Shown in pieces: positions 9,427 to 19,900 of a stretch of DNA of 62,704 nucleotides. Positions within the stretch are counted from its first letter, which is position 1. Each line of letters begins with the position of its first letter. A program made the position numbers and the translations under genes. This DNA is from a virus (taxonomy: Duplodnaviria; Caudoviricetes), in IMG/VR virus record IMGVR_UViG_3300005837_000598, positions 1 through 62,704 of that record, one strand, 5' to 3'. The notes below the pieces were generated by a model. That model saw only the letters and a program-made list of their open reading frames with translations, was not told the DNA's origin and searched no databases.

Positions 9427-12400
9427 ATGGCAGAAACTACATCACAAAAAAGGCATTTAGGGATAACATCCTCAACATTGGTTAGTACATCAGATGTTAC
9501 TATCGGTGGTAACCTAACTGTTGAAGGTACTACTGTTACTCTTAATGCAGCAACTCTAGAAGTAGAGGATAAAAATATATTAGTAAACAAAGGTGGAACT
9601 AAAGCAAGTGCTGATGGTGCAGGCTTAACTATTTACAGAGGCACTAGTTCTGCACAAACCTTGGCATGGAACGATGCAAATTCTAGATTTGAATTTAGTC
9701 ATCCTCTAAAAGTAGCCACTAGTTTATATGTAACTGGAGCATTGTATAAAACCGATGCTAATCAAGTTGATATAGAAACACCTCATGGAACGGTTCAGAT
9801 AGGTGCAATGAATGAGCATCATGGTCATATATATACAGATAGACCTAGTTTCTACATAAACAAACCTTTATTGATTCAAGGTAATACTGCTTTAACGACA
9901 GCCAATACTATTGCAACAGATAAGTTACCAGGTGGAGTTTTTCAAACAAGATCAACAACTGTAGGAAAAGATACAGACTGGGATACTTTAACATCACAAG
10001 GAACTTATGGTGTAGCATCTTCAGCAGGAGCACAGTTTGAGGGCAATAATGCACCTAAAACATCAGATTACAGATATGGTCATGTTGTTGTTACAGAAGA
10101 CGAGGGCCAAGGAATTAGACAGACATATTACCCACATAGTGGTAAAAAAATATTTACAAGAACAGGATGGTCTAATGGAAATTGGTATTCAGGTGGATGG
10201 CACGAGCATTGGACAAGTTTAAATCATCCAACCACAATATCTGGCTATGGTATAACAGATACACTTGCACCAAGTGATGCTGAAAAGAATGTACAAGTAG
10301 ATTGGAATGAAACAACTACTACTAGTGATTCATTTATAAAAAACAAACCATCCATTCCTAGTGCTTTTACTGGTGGTGATGTTTCTGATCCAGTTGTAGT
10401 CGCTAATAGATCTGCTAACAGTATATTACATTACGCAGAATCAGGCAACTGGACTGGTGGTATAAAAATTACTTTACCAGGATTCCATAGTAAATCTAAC
10501 TGGTCAATGCTTGTGTTGAGGGTGACTGTATATGAATATAATGGTAAAACCCATACCATGTTTACAGCATCAGGACATGACTGGACAAGTGGTTGGTATA
10601 ATAAGTCTGTCAAAAAATGGGGTAGTTCTGATAAAAACTTAAACTTTGGATATAGTTCAAGTGCTGATGAAGATTATTTATTGTTAGGTGAAGTAGACTC
10701 TACATGGAGTTATGGTCATATTACAGTAGATGTTATAGCACATCCATCTTTTTATTCTGGTTCTATGAACTTAGACTCAGGATGGAAAATAGAAAAAGTT
10801 ACTAGTTATGAAGGAATAACTAGACAAGATGTTACAAATGAGAAAGTTTGGGACTCTGGTAACCTTACTAATAATTCATCAAACTGGGATACTGCGTATG
10901 GTTGGGGTAACCATGCTAACAAATATTTACCATTAGGTGGAGGATCGCTAACAGGTGCAACAACTATAACTGTAGGTAAAGCAGGTGTACACGCATTAAA
11001 TATAAGAAATACTGATAATGGTGGTGGAGCATCAATTTCGTTTAGCGACATGAGTGCTAGTCCTACCACACAACATGGTGTTATAGACTTTAAACACTCT
11101 GATACATCATCATACGGATCAGGAGCAGCATTTATAATTGGATCTGACCAAGCCAATACTACAATACTTGCTGATGGTAAGTTGATGTATAAAGAAGGTA
11201 TATACTCTAAACCTTCAACTGGTACTGGTGCAGGAACTAGAAAAGATTCTAATTGGGATACTGCGTATGGTTGGGGTAATCACGCAAGCGAAGGGTATTT
11301 AAAATCTCTACCTTCTCATAATCACGATGATAGATATTTTACTGAAACTGAAATGAGAACCTTTTTTAATAGAGGTTACATAGATAGACATCATGCGAGT
11401 AATTTAGCAGTAGGTTGGTATACGATTGCTACAAACACAGGAGATAGAGCATTAGGTGAGTTTCAAATATGGGATACAGCAAGTAGTGATCATCAATCAG
11501 TATTGTTTAGTGCAACACATCATTTTGGTCAAGACTTTTCAAATGATATAACCATAACAAATCAGTCAAGATATTCTGGAACAAACTTTAGGTACATAAG
11601 AATAAAAGACCATGATACTTATGCAGGTGCAGCACTACAAGTATATATAGATGGTGCAACTAATAGTTGTTCTGTGGCAATAGTTGGAGCAAATGCTCAA
11701 GAATCAGGTTGGGTTATAAAGGACTGGATTGCAGATGACACAGATCCTGGGGATCTCAGTAATTGGTCATCTTTTGGAGAAAGAACTAAGGTAGACTTAG
11801 ATCTAATGCAAGATGGTGGAATTTTAACTACAGGTAAAATATTTGCAGGTTCTCAAACAGACCAAAAAGAAGTTGTTCTTTCAGATACTAATCTATTTGC
11901 AGCAGCAGGTCACTCACATAGTAATTACATAACTAGTAATGCAAACGACACATTTACTGGTACTATTACAATGGGTACACAAAAAGCACTAGTTGCAAAT
12001 AACTATGGTAGAGGGGTTTATGGATTATATTCAGCATCAAGATTTCAACACGTGTGGTCTATGGGCGTAGCCTATAATGTTAAAGATGATGGAACAACTC
12101 CTGGGAATCTTTATGGACTGGCATTCTCACATACAAATGCAGGTGGTGAAACCAAATCAGGGTTAGCACACCAGTTATTAATAATGGATAATGGAAAAAC
12201 CAAGACTGCATTAGGTCGTGGTATATGGACTGATGGTACAATAACAACCACAGGGCATGGTAACTCATCGCAATGGAACACAGCCTACGGATGGGGTAAT
12301 CATGCAGATGCAGGTTATGTCAAACAAGCAGCAGTCAATTCATCTCATGTTGATCAAGCAAAAGGATTATCAGAACAAGGTTTTGGTACAGACGAATTAA

Positions 12401-13266
12401 CTTTCCAACAAACAGCAAATGGTTTCGCAAACTATAAAAGTGGATGGGCACACTATATTATATCTAATCATGGTAATGGTCAGACGTATTATAATGTAAC
12501 AGATATTAGACCATTCTGGGGTGCACCACAATACTCAAGACAAGAAGGAACAGAAGGGGTTTGGAAAGGGCCATACACATACTGGACAGAAGAGAACTTT
12601 ACTCCAAGTAGTTATTCTAACAAAGCAGCATCGGAAACTTTAACAGGATCAAAAACTTTTTCTAATAGTTATAATGAATTTGGTAATGGTCATGGAAGTG
12701 TAAGTAATAATGGAAGTTGGAATGCTAGGGTAAATATAGCAGGATCTTCACACGCAAGGCTTGATGTTAAATCTGTAAGCGATGGTATTATAACTACAAT
12801 GTTTGCACATATTGGTCAAGCAGCAGGAAAAGTTGGTACATATTCTAATCACAAATTAGACCTATGTATTGCAGGTACTACTAAAGCAAGACTAGAGACT
12901 AGTGGTATATTTAGGACTGCATCAGATATTGTGGCATATTATAGTTTTTCTGATAGAAGACTAAAGACTAATATAGAAAGTACAGAAAATAATTTAGAAA
13001 AAATATTAGCACTAAATCCTGTTAGTTATCAATGGAAAGAGGGTGACCGAAAAGGCAGAACCGAAATTGGACTTATAGCACAAGAGGTAGAAGAAATTAT
13101 ACCAGAAGTAGTAAGAGAACAAGGAAGATTAGAAGATGAGGATATTACTGATTATAAAACAGTTGACTACGAAAAATTAGTATCTACTTTAATTGGTGCA
13201 ATACAAGAGCAACAAAAAGAGATAGATATATTGAAAAATCAAATGAAAGAATGTCATGGCAAATAA
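9427..13266 (+). CDS. Long tail fibre with C-terminal intramolecular chaperone (peptidase S74) domain
   Basis: C-terminal SDRRLKTNI...GLIAQEVEEIIPEVV...VDYEKLVSTLIGAIQEQQ; three WGNHA linkers. Confidence 0.9.
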   Translation: MAETTSQKRHLGITSSTLVSTSDVTIGGNLTVEGTTVTLNAATLEVEDKNILVNKGGTKASADGAGLTIYRGTSSAQTLAWNDANSRFEFSHPLKVATSLYVTGALYKTDANQVDIETPHGTVQIGAMNEHHGHIYTDRPSFYINKPLLIQGNTALTTANTIATDKLPGGVFQTRSTTVGKDTDWDTLTSQGTYGVASSAGAQFEGNNAPKTSDYRYGHVVVTEDEGQGIRQTYYPHSGKKIFTRTGWSNGNWYSGGWHEHWTSLNHPTTISGYGITDTLAPSDAEKNVQVDWNETTTTSDSFIKNKPSIPSAFTGGDVSDPVVVANRSANSILHYAESGNWTGGIKITLPGFHSKSNWSMLVLRVTVYEYNGKTHTMFTASGHDWTSGWYNKSVKKWGSSDKNLNFGYSSSADEDYLLLGEVDSTWSYGHITVDVIAHPSFYSGSMNLDSGWKIEKVTSYEGITRQDVTNEKVWDSGNLTNNSSNWDTAYGWGNHANKYLPLGGGSLTGATTITVGKAGVHALNIRNTDNGGGASISFSDMSASPTTQHGVIDFKHSDTSSYGSGAAFIIGSDQANTTILADGKLMYKEGIYSKPSTGTGAGTRKDSNWDTAYGWGNHASEGYLKSLPSHNHDDRYFTETEMRTFFNRGYIDRHHASNLAVGWYTIATNTGDRALGEFQIWDTASSDHQSVLFSATHHFGQDFSNDITITNQSRYSGTNFRYIRIKDHDTYAGAALQVYIDGATNSCSVAIVGANAQESGWVIKDWIADDTDPGDLSNWSSFGERTKVDLDLMQDGGILTTGKIFAGSQTDQKEVVLSDTNLFAAAGHSHSNYITSNANDTFTGTITMGTQKALVANNYGRGVYGLYSASRFQHVWSMGVAYNVKDDGTTPGNLYGLAFSHTNAGGETKSGLAHQLLIMDNGKTKTALGRGIWTDGTITTTGHGNSSQWNTAYGWGNHADAGYVKQAAVNSSHVDQAKGLSEQGFGTDELTFQQTANGFANYKSGWAHYIISNHGNGQTYYNVTDIRPFWGAPQYSRQEGTEGVWKGPYTYWTEENFTPSSYSNKAASETLTGSKTFSNSYNEFGNGHGSVSNNGSWNARVNIAGSSHARLDVKSVSDGIITTMFAHIGQAAGKVGTYSNHKLDLCIAGTTKARLETSGIFRTASDIVAYYSFSDRRLKTNIESTENNLEKILALNPVSYQWKEGDRKGRTEIGLIAQEVEEIIPEVVREQGRLEDEDITDYKTVDYEKLVSTLIGAIQEQQKEIDILKNQMKECHGK

Positions 13267-13609
13267 TTATAGATTAGAAATAAATAGAATATTCACATCT
13301 CCTAAATATACTGAAGGAGATTTAAATCTTACTGATGTGGTAACGAGAGTTAACTATTCTTGGGTGGCAGAATCTGAAGAGGGTATAACTAAAAAAATTC
13401 CATATACAAAAGACTTAACTCCTGACAATGGTGATTTTACAGAGTTTTCTAAAATACAAGAGGGTGACGTAAAAAACTGGGTAAACGATGATATAGAAAG
13501 AAATACTGCTATATCTATATTAGATGACCAAATAATAAAGGAGCAAAATAAGTTTATAGATACTCCATTTCCATGGAATAAGATATCAGAACCTGATAAA
13601 GATATTTAA
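13256..13609 (+). CDS. Fibre-associated small protein (assembly chaperone?)
   Basis: 117 aa overlapping the fibre gene end; DVVTRVNYSW...DFTEFSKIQEGDVKNWV...FPW pattern seen in post-fibre genes. Confidence 0.55.
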   Translation: MANNYRLEINRIFTSPKYTEGDLNLTDVVTRVNYSWVAESEEGITKKIPYTKDLTPDNGDFTEFSKIQEGDVKNWVNDDIERNTAISILDDQIIKEQNKFIDTPFPWNKISEPDKDI

Positions 13610-13611
13610 TA

Positions 13612-14280
13612 ATGGCAGTACCTACAAGTGGTGAATTAAGTCTTTTTAAACTATCTCAAGAAAAAAGGATAGATGATTACAACTCTTCAGCAGGAGCAGG
13701 TGCTATTCCTGTAATTTCAGTAGAAGACCTTGTATTAGGTCAGAACACTCAAAAAAACAACGGACATAATTGGGATGCTACAAATACTGATAGTGACCAG
13801 TATCCTAATAACTCTAGACCACATTCATTTTCGGAGTGGTATGGTTATGATCATGATGCTGCACCTCCTGTTTATTTAGAAGTCAAGGCATATAATTTAG
13901 CATCTTTTACCACTGGTACAGGTACATGGGAAAGTCAACTTTCAGGACAATCAGATTCCTTGGGTGCATTCAGTAAGCATGGTTATCATAATTATTTAAA
14001 AATCAAACTACTAGATAATACATTTGACCAACTAAGGTTTGATTATAGTGTTGAAGGGTTGGGATTCATGGAAGTTTGGACAGGTGCATCTGATGATACC
14101 TATGCTCCAGAAAACCCAATGAAGGCAGGATGGAATTTCCATGGACAAAATGAGGAACCTTCAGGAACCTATTATTTTACTGGAATGGCAGGTAGTGTTA
14201 TTTATATTCATATGTATAATGCCATGAAACATGAATCATCATTTTCGTTTAGTAATATGTACTGTCAACCTCGTCAATAA
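13612..14280 (+). CDS. Putative fibre-tip adhesin
   Basis: N-terminal MAVPTSGELSL...PHSFSEWYGYDHD attachment-like motif followed by a beta domain. Confidence 0.5.
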   Translation: MAVPTSGELSLFKLSQEKRIDDYNSSAGAGAIPVISVEDLVLGQNTQKNNGHNWDATNTDSDQYPNNSRPHSFSEWYGYDHDAAPPVYLEVKAYNLASFTTGTGTWESQLSGQSDSLGAFSKHGYHNYLKIKLLDNTFDQLRFDYSVEGLGFMEVWTGASDDTYAPENPMKAGWNFHGQNEEPSGTYYFTGMAGSVIYIHMYNAMKHESSFSFSNMYCQPRQ

Positions 14281-14385
14281 AAAGATTAATCAATTCAACA
14301 TCCGAGTATAAATATTAATGAGCCTAATGGGTTTATTTCTTTTATTTGTACAACAAACAAATAGTAACAATAAATTTATTTTAAA

Positions 14386-14670
14386 ATGAAAAAAGTAACA
14401 AAGAAACACCTAGAACAGATTCAGGAATTTAACAAGAAGCAGATCGATATTAAGATTGCTCTTGGTGACACATTGATAATGATTGAAAACATAAATCAAA
14501 GAAAAGACGAACAACTCCAAGCCTTATCGAAGGTATCAGAGGAAATGAAGGGGTTGTCTGAAGTTTTGACAGAGAAATATGGAAACGTACAGATTGATGT
14601 AGTTACTGGAGAAATTCTCGAGCAGCCTTCTACTAATGTAGAAAAAGATGACAATAAAGGAGATTCATGA
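14386..14670 (+). CDS. Small coiled-coil hypothetical protein
   Basis: 94 aa ending with the LTEKYGNVQIDVVTGEI motif; A-rich leader. Confidence 0.7.
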   Translation: MKKVTKKHLEQIQEFNKKQIDIKIALGDTLIMIENINQRKDEQLQALSKVSEEMKGLSEVLTEKYGNVQIDVVTGEILEQPSTNVEKDDNKGDS

Positions 14671-15502
14671 TTTCATAATATTTATACTTAATAAAGAGGC
14701 TACAGGGTATGTTTCTCATTTAGATATTGATAAGGCTATTGATAGAGCACAACTATCTAAGTTTACTGAATTATACAGTAATCCAAAGATGCATCAACCA
14801 GGTAGGTCAATACCTCCTATTGCGTATGGTCAAACACAAAAGATAAGTGATGACCTAAGATATTTTAAGAAAAGAGAACAATTTACTAGCAACTCTTCAG
14901 GGGTAGTTAGCCTAACAACTTTAGCAGGTGAATACTTACATTTATTAGGAATGTATGTATCAAAAACACTTAATAATGTAACTAACAATACTTATACTAA
15001 TACAGAACTTTTTGTAACATTTGATAGAAATACTGCAAGTAAAAATGTAACTAAAAGTGTAAAAATTGTAAGTGAAGATCAACTTGCTGATAGGTTAGTT
15101 TCTCAAGTTGCTGCTCCTTCGGTAACAGCACCTATAGGTATCTTAGGGGACTCTGGTGAAAAAATTCAACTTTTCCCAGAGGAATCCCATTCAGGCTTTG
15201 TAATGTATTTAGAAAGACCTAAAAAACCTTTATTCAGTCATGTGGTTGATGGTAGAAAAATTGTACACAACCCATCGACTACAGCAACATTAACTGCAAC
15301 TGCAACAAGCGACTTGACTCTTGCAGATGGAACTCAAATTTCAGCAGGTAACACATATACTCTTCCTGCTAGTGTAGAACTAAACTGGCCTGAAGATTGT
15401 GTGAACGATATACTCAACAGAACCTTAACATCCCTCGGAGTTCATTTAGAAGATGTGAATGTATATAACTACACAGAGGTTAAAAACAAAGAAGGATTAT
15501 GA
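14648..15502 (+). CDS. Tail ring/adaptor protein
   Basis: MTIKEIHDFIIFILNKE..GYVS..DID.AIDRAQ N-terminus and YLERPKKP...VELNWPE C-terminus resemble podovirus ring proteins. Confidence 0.65.
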   Translation: MTIKEIHDFIIFILNKEATGYVSHLDIDKAIDRAQLSKFTELYSNPKMHQPGRSIPPIAYGQTQKISDDLRYFKKREQFTSNSSGVVSLTTLAGEYLHLLGMYVSKTLNNVTNNTYTNTELFVTFDRNTASKNVTKSVKIVSEDQLADRLVSQVAAPSVTAPIGILGDSGEKIQLFPEESHSGFVMYLERPKKPLFSHVVDGRKIVHNPSTTATLTATATSDLTLADGTQISAGNTYTLPASVELNWPEDCVNDILNRTLTSLGVHLEDVNVYNYTEVKNKEGL

Positions 15503-16152
15503 TTACTAAAGGAAAATTAACTGATCAAATATTAAGATTATATACTGGAGGTAATCCTTCAGATGATAGGGAAATCTCTAGAGCAGACATTGATTTATTG
15601 GTTGGCCAGGTGGTAAACCAAGTATTAAAAAAAGAATATGTTGCATCTAATATATCCCAGGGGGAGATGTTTCCTCCACACACATTAGTAACATCATATA
15701 AGTGTATAGTTGAACAGAATGCCGATATGGATAGACCTTATTGTGTATTGCCTGTGATGCCAATATCAGTACCTAGAAATATGGGTGTATGGAAAGTACA
15801 ACCAATGGTAGGTGGAAAGCAAGTTCTACTTGATGAACTAATACCTATACAAACAGGACAGTATACTGCACTTAGATCTCAAGAACAAACAAAGTTTTTA
15901 GAAAACCAAGTTGGTTATTGGGCAGAAGGAAATAAGATATTTTTTACTAAAGATGTATTAAATGATCCATCATGCCAGTTTCAAAAATGCCTAATATCAT
16001 TACTTATTATAGATCCTACTGTTTTAGGCGAGTATGATTATTTAGCAATCCCTGCTGAACATGAAGATTCTATTATAAAAGAATGTTTAACTATTCTAGG
16101 AGCACTACCTAAAGTGGTAGATAAAGTTTCAGATTCAAATAATCAAATATGA
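15499..16152 (+). CDS. Tail ring/structural protein
   Basis: ATGA-coupled; C-terminal DP..LGEYDYLAIPAEHEDSII resembles crAss-like ring proteins. Confidence 0.6.
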   Translation: MITKGKLTDQILRLYTGGNPSDDREISRADIDLLVGQVVNQVLKKEYVASNISQGEMFPPHTLVTSYKCIVEQNADMDRPYCVLPVMPISVPRNMGVWKVQPMVGGKQVLLDELIPIQTGQYTALRSQEQTKFLENQVGYWAEGNKIFFTKDVLNDPSCQFQKCLISLLIIDPTVLGEYDYLAIPAEHEDSIIKECLTILGALPKVVDKVSDSNNQI

Positions 16153-16907
16153 GAACATACACAGTAAATGAAATAGTTAGATCATCTTTACTTACAACTG
16201 GTAAGCCTATACATTATTATATGCAGTATTTACATTATGCATTAAAAGGTCTTAGGGAAATAAACTATGATTCACCATTTAAAATTAAGTCTACAAAATT
16301 AACTGTAGATGCAAATCTAGAGGTGACCTTACCAGATGATTATGTTGATTATATAAGAGTAGGATATGAGAATGGTCAATATGTAAATAAACTAATTGAA
16401 AAAGACTCATTTAATAGATTAATGAATTTAGATGATGCAGGTAACCAAATACCATATCCAGATGTAGAGTCAGATAATGGAACTGCTTATTCAGATTCGT
16501 ATTATTATGCATCACACGCTAATGATAAAAGCGAACACTTAGGTAGACACTTTGGACATAAATCTACATATAAGGGATCTTTTATGGTTATTCCAGAAAG
16601 GAATAAAATAATGTTAGATCCATCATTACATAAAGCAAAACATATAGTTATAGATTATTTAACTACAGGATTGCCAGGTGACTCAACAAACACTACCCTA
16701 CCTGCATATGCAGCAGAGCCTATTGAAAGATATATTTTATGGAGAATGACAGAACACGATAGAATGTCTCCAATGAATTTAAAACAATTAGCCAAGGAAG
16801 AATTTATTCAGGCACATAAAAGATATAGAAGTAGAAACTATCAGTTAAAAATTGAAGACGTATTAAAATCTCTACGTTCTCATACTTTTGCTGCCATTAA
16901 ATCGTAA
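16149..16907 (+). CDS. Tail tubular/ring protein
   Basis: LPDDYVDYIRVG motif, ATGA-coupled, precedes the stabilisation gene. Confidence 0.7.
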   Translation: MRTYTVNEIVRSSLLTTGKPIHYYMQYLHYALKGLREINYDSPFKIKSTKLTVDANLEVTLPDDYVDYIRVGYENGQYVNKLIEKDSFNRLMNLDDAGNQIPYPDVESDNGTAYSDSYYYASHANDKSEHLGRHFGHKSTYKGSFMVIPERNKIMLDPSLHKAKHIVIDYLTTGLPGDSTNTTLPAYAAEPIERYILWRMTEHDRMSPMNLKQLAKEEFIQAHKRYRSRNYQLKIEDVLKSLRSHTFAAIKS

Positions 16908-16909
16908 GG

Positions 16910-19900
16910 ATGGAGAACAGTAAAAAAACATTTATAGCAGGATTAAATTCTGACGATGCATTTTTTGCACACAAACAAGACGACAATGTAGATGCGTTGA
17001 ACGCTAGAGTTATATCTTCTTCTGAAGGAAAGTCTGGATCATTGTCAAATATTGTAGGTAATAGACTAATACCTAACCCTTCATTGCTAATTGGTGGTGG
17101 TGACGATAAAGTTATAGGCACTCATGAAGATCCTACTACTAATAATGTTTTTTACTTTGTAACTAAGCCTAATGGGTATTCATATATATTTATGTATGAT
17201 GCCTCATCAGAGTCTATATATATGGTATTGTCAGATGCTAATATGGAATCTACATATACTCTTAATTTTCAAGAACTAGAGCCTATTACAGCAATATCTT
17301 TCATAGATGGTTTATTGTATTGGTCTGGTGTTAGAGATAGAGAGCCATGTAAGATTAATGTAGAAAGAGGTATTAAATTAAATCAACCTGGTTACGCTAC
17401 ATTAGAAACAGCATATGAATCACCAATTAAAAAATCAGTAGTAACTGTAATAAGAAAACCTCCTATGATGCCACTTACTATAAAAGTGGAAGAGGATTCA
17501 ACAAGAGATACTAGTTTTTTAAAATCAAGAAGTTTAACATTCTCATATAGATATGTTTATAAAGATGGTGAGATAAGTGTTTTTGCACCTACTACACCAC
17601 ATTATCCAAACCAAGACATGGATGATGACAATCATGAAACAACTAAAAAAATTGTCGTAGGGTTTCCATTAAATGAGGCAACTCCAACTGGTATTGCAGA
17701 TGATGTAGAAAAAATTCAATTCGCTGTAAAGTTTGATAAAGACACATCATATTTTATATGGAAAGAGTTTACTAGAACATCTCACCCAAATGAATTTAAT
17801 TCTCAAACAAACTATGTTCCTAATGTTATAAAAGGTGATTATCATAATGATGTTTTAGGATCTGCTGTTGATGACAGTAATAGTATAAAACTTTATGATA
17901 CAGTTCCTTATGAGGCACAAGCGTTAGAAATAGGTAGAAACAGATTATTTCTAGGGAACATTAAAGAAGGCTTAGTCAATAATAGGAAAATGACCTCAGC
18001 CGATATGGATGTCGATGTAGTTGTAGCACCATTTGATGTTACGATATTTAATCAAGAAGTTAGGGATAGAGGTGGAATAGTAGGTTACTCCTGCTCATCA
18101 GCATATCAAGTAGGGTTAGCATTTTTTGATTTTGCAGGTAGAACAGCAGGTGTTTTAACTGATGACTCTATGAAGGTTATTACAGCAGAAAGAAATCTAG
18201 TATACACAACATATAATAGTTTTATTGATTTTAATTTAAATGCTACTGCCACAAGTCTGATACCAGACTGGGCAACTCACTACGCTATATTAAGAACTAA
18301 AAATCTTACAAAAGATTTTACTATAGGAAACCTTGCAGACAAAATAAGATATTATCAATATGATAGCACAGGTAATTTTACAGTAAGAATTGAAAAGTTA
18401 GATGCAAATGATGATCCAACTGGAAAATTTTCGCTAAACGAATTCACATCATTTGATATTAAACATGAAGGTATTGCTATTGGGTTAGGTGATTTAACAT
18501 CATACAAGCAGGGTTATAGTTACCAGGAGGGTGACCGAATAAAACTTATTACAGATAGTAAAGTTCTTGAGTTTGCCATTACTGGAACTATGGGTAAATA
18601 TGTTCTTTGTAATCTTGTGAATTTAAATTCTGCTGATTACTTAGCACAATCTTCTTTAGCAAATGCAGACTATACTGTAGTTTATGAAATTTACAGTCCT
18701 CATAAAATACAAGAAAATGAGTTTTATTACGAATCAGTAAGGGGAAAAATACAGAACCCAGGAACTGCAAATAAAACATTTGATCAGTTAACTGGGCATC
18801 TTATTGGAGATGTATATATGAAGGCTAGAAAAGCAGATACATCTTCTGTACCAGTTCACTTTGAAGAGGCTACAGCACTATCTAAGAATGACCATGATGA
18901 GCCATTTAAAGGAAATACAGCATACATAGGCTTTCCATATTTTCATGGAACAGGTCTAAATGATATGACTGCTAACACAGGTATAGGAAATTATAACAAT
19001 GGAGTTGATTGTAGGTTTGAAATAAAAATAACAGCAACTGGAACACCTGACAAATTCCAATGGAGAAGAAGACCATTCAACCAAAGGCTAACAAACCACG
19101 CTTGGAGTAGTGATGTTAATATAACAGGAAACGCACAAACCCTACAGAATAATGTTGCAATTACATTTGCAGCGACCACAGGTCATACAGTAGGTGATGA
19201 ATGGGCAGTCTCTGGTAAAACATCAGGAAATCAATTAGGGAATGTAAACAGTAGAACATACTCACATTTTATATCACCTCCTAATGGGGTAATATTTGCA
19301 GGTAGTGAGGTTAAGGTTTATCAAAAAGAGCATAGAGATAGATGGCCAAGTAGTGATCAAAACCACAGTTTTACTGTAACCATGAACCCTAATGAGATAT
19401 TAGAGAACTATGCAACAATAGAGGAATTCTTTTGGAGATCAACTTTTGGGGTTAAATTATGTGGTTATCATCCTGATCATCATATTTTATTTAGAAGAGG
19501 AACAATTGAGCCTGCTGGAGATAATGGGAAAAGCAGAATGTATATACTTGACTCACAGGCAAATAACAATACAGCAAGTCAAGTAAGTAAGTCAGATGGA
19601 ACTTTGGTTCACTTAATTCTAAAATCTAGCCTAGAACAAAGTAGTGACCTTAATGCACCAGTAGATACTAAGTTTAATATAAGAGTTGATCAGCCAGATG
19701 AGTATAGTTATTCTGCTGAGGCAATGAATCCAAGTGATGATTATTTTTTAAACTGGATTCAAATAACAGGTAGACCTAATCTTATACCTGCTGATGTTAG
19801 TGCACAGAATAAGCCAACTGGTATTGTTTTTAGTGAAACAAAAATACCAGGAAGTAAGGTTAATGGATTGTCCAAGTTTAGTGCTTTAGATGAAGATAGA

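Larger units (their letters stand above)
4653..12318 (+). repeat. Eight dispersed direct repeats encoding NWxTAYGWG[N/D]HA linkers in two fibre genes
   Basis: Copies start near 4653, 5721, 6141, 6594, 6963, 10882, 11251 and 12271. 10885-10910 and 11254-11279 are identical over 26 nt; 4674-4696 and 5742-5764 are identical over 23 nt. Confidence 0.9.

Noticed and set aside
4653-12318. Shufflon or CRISPR array from the fibre repeats
   Set aside because: The repeats are direct, in-frame, degenerate at third positions and irregularly spaced by hundreds of nt
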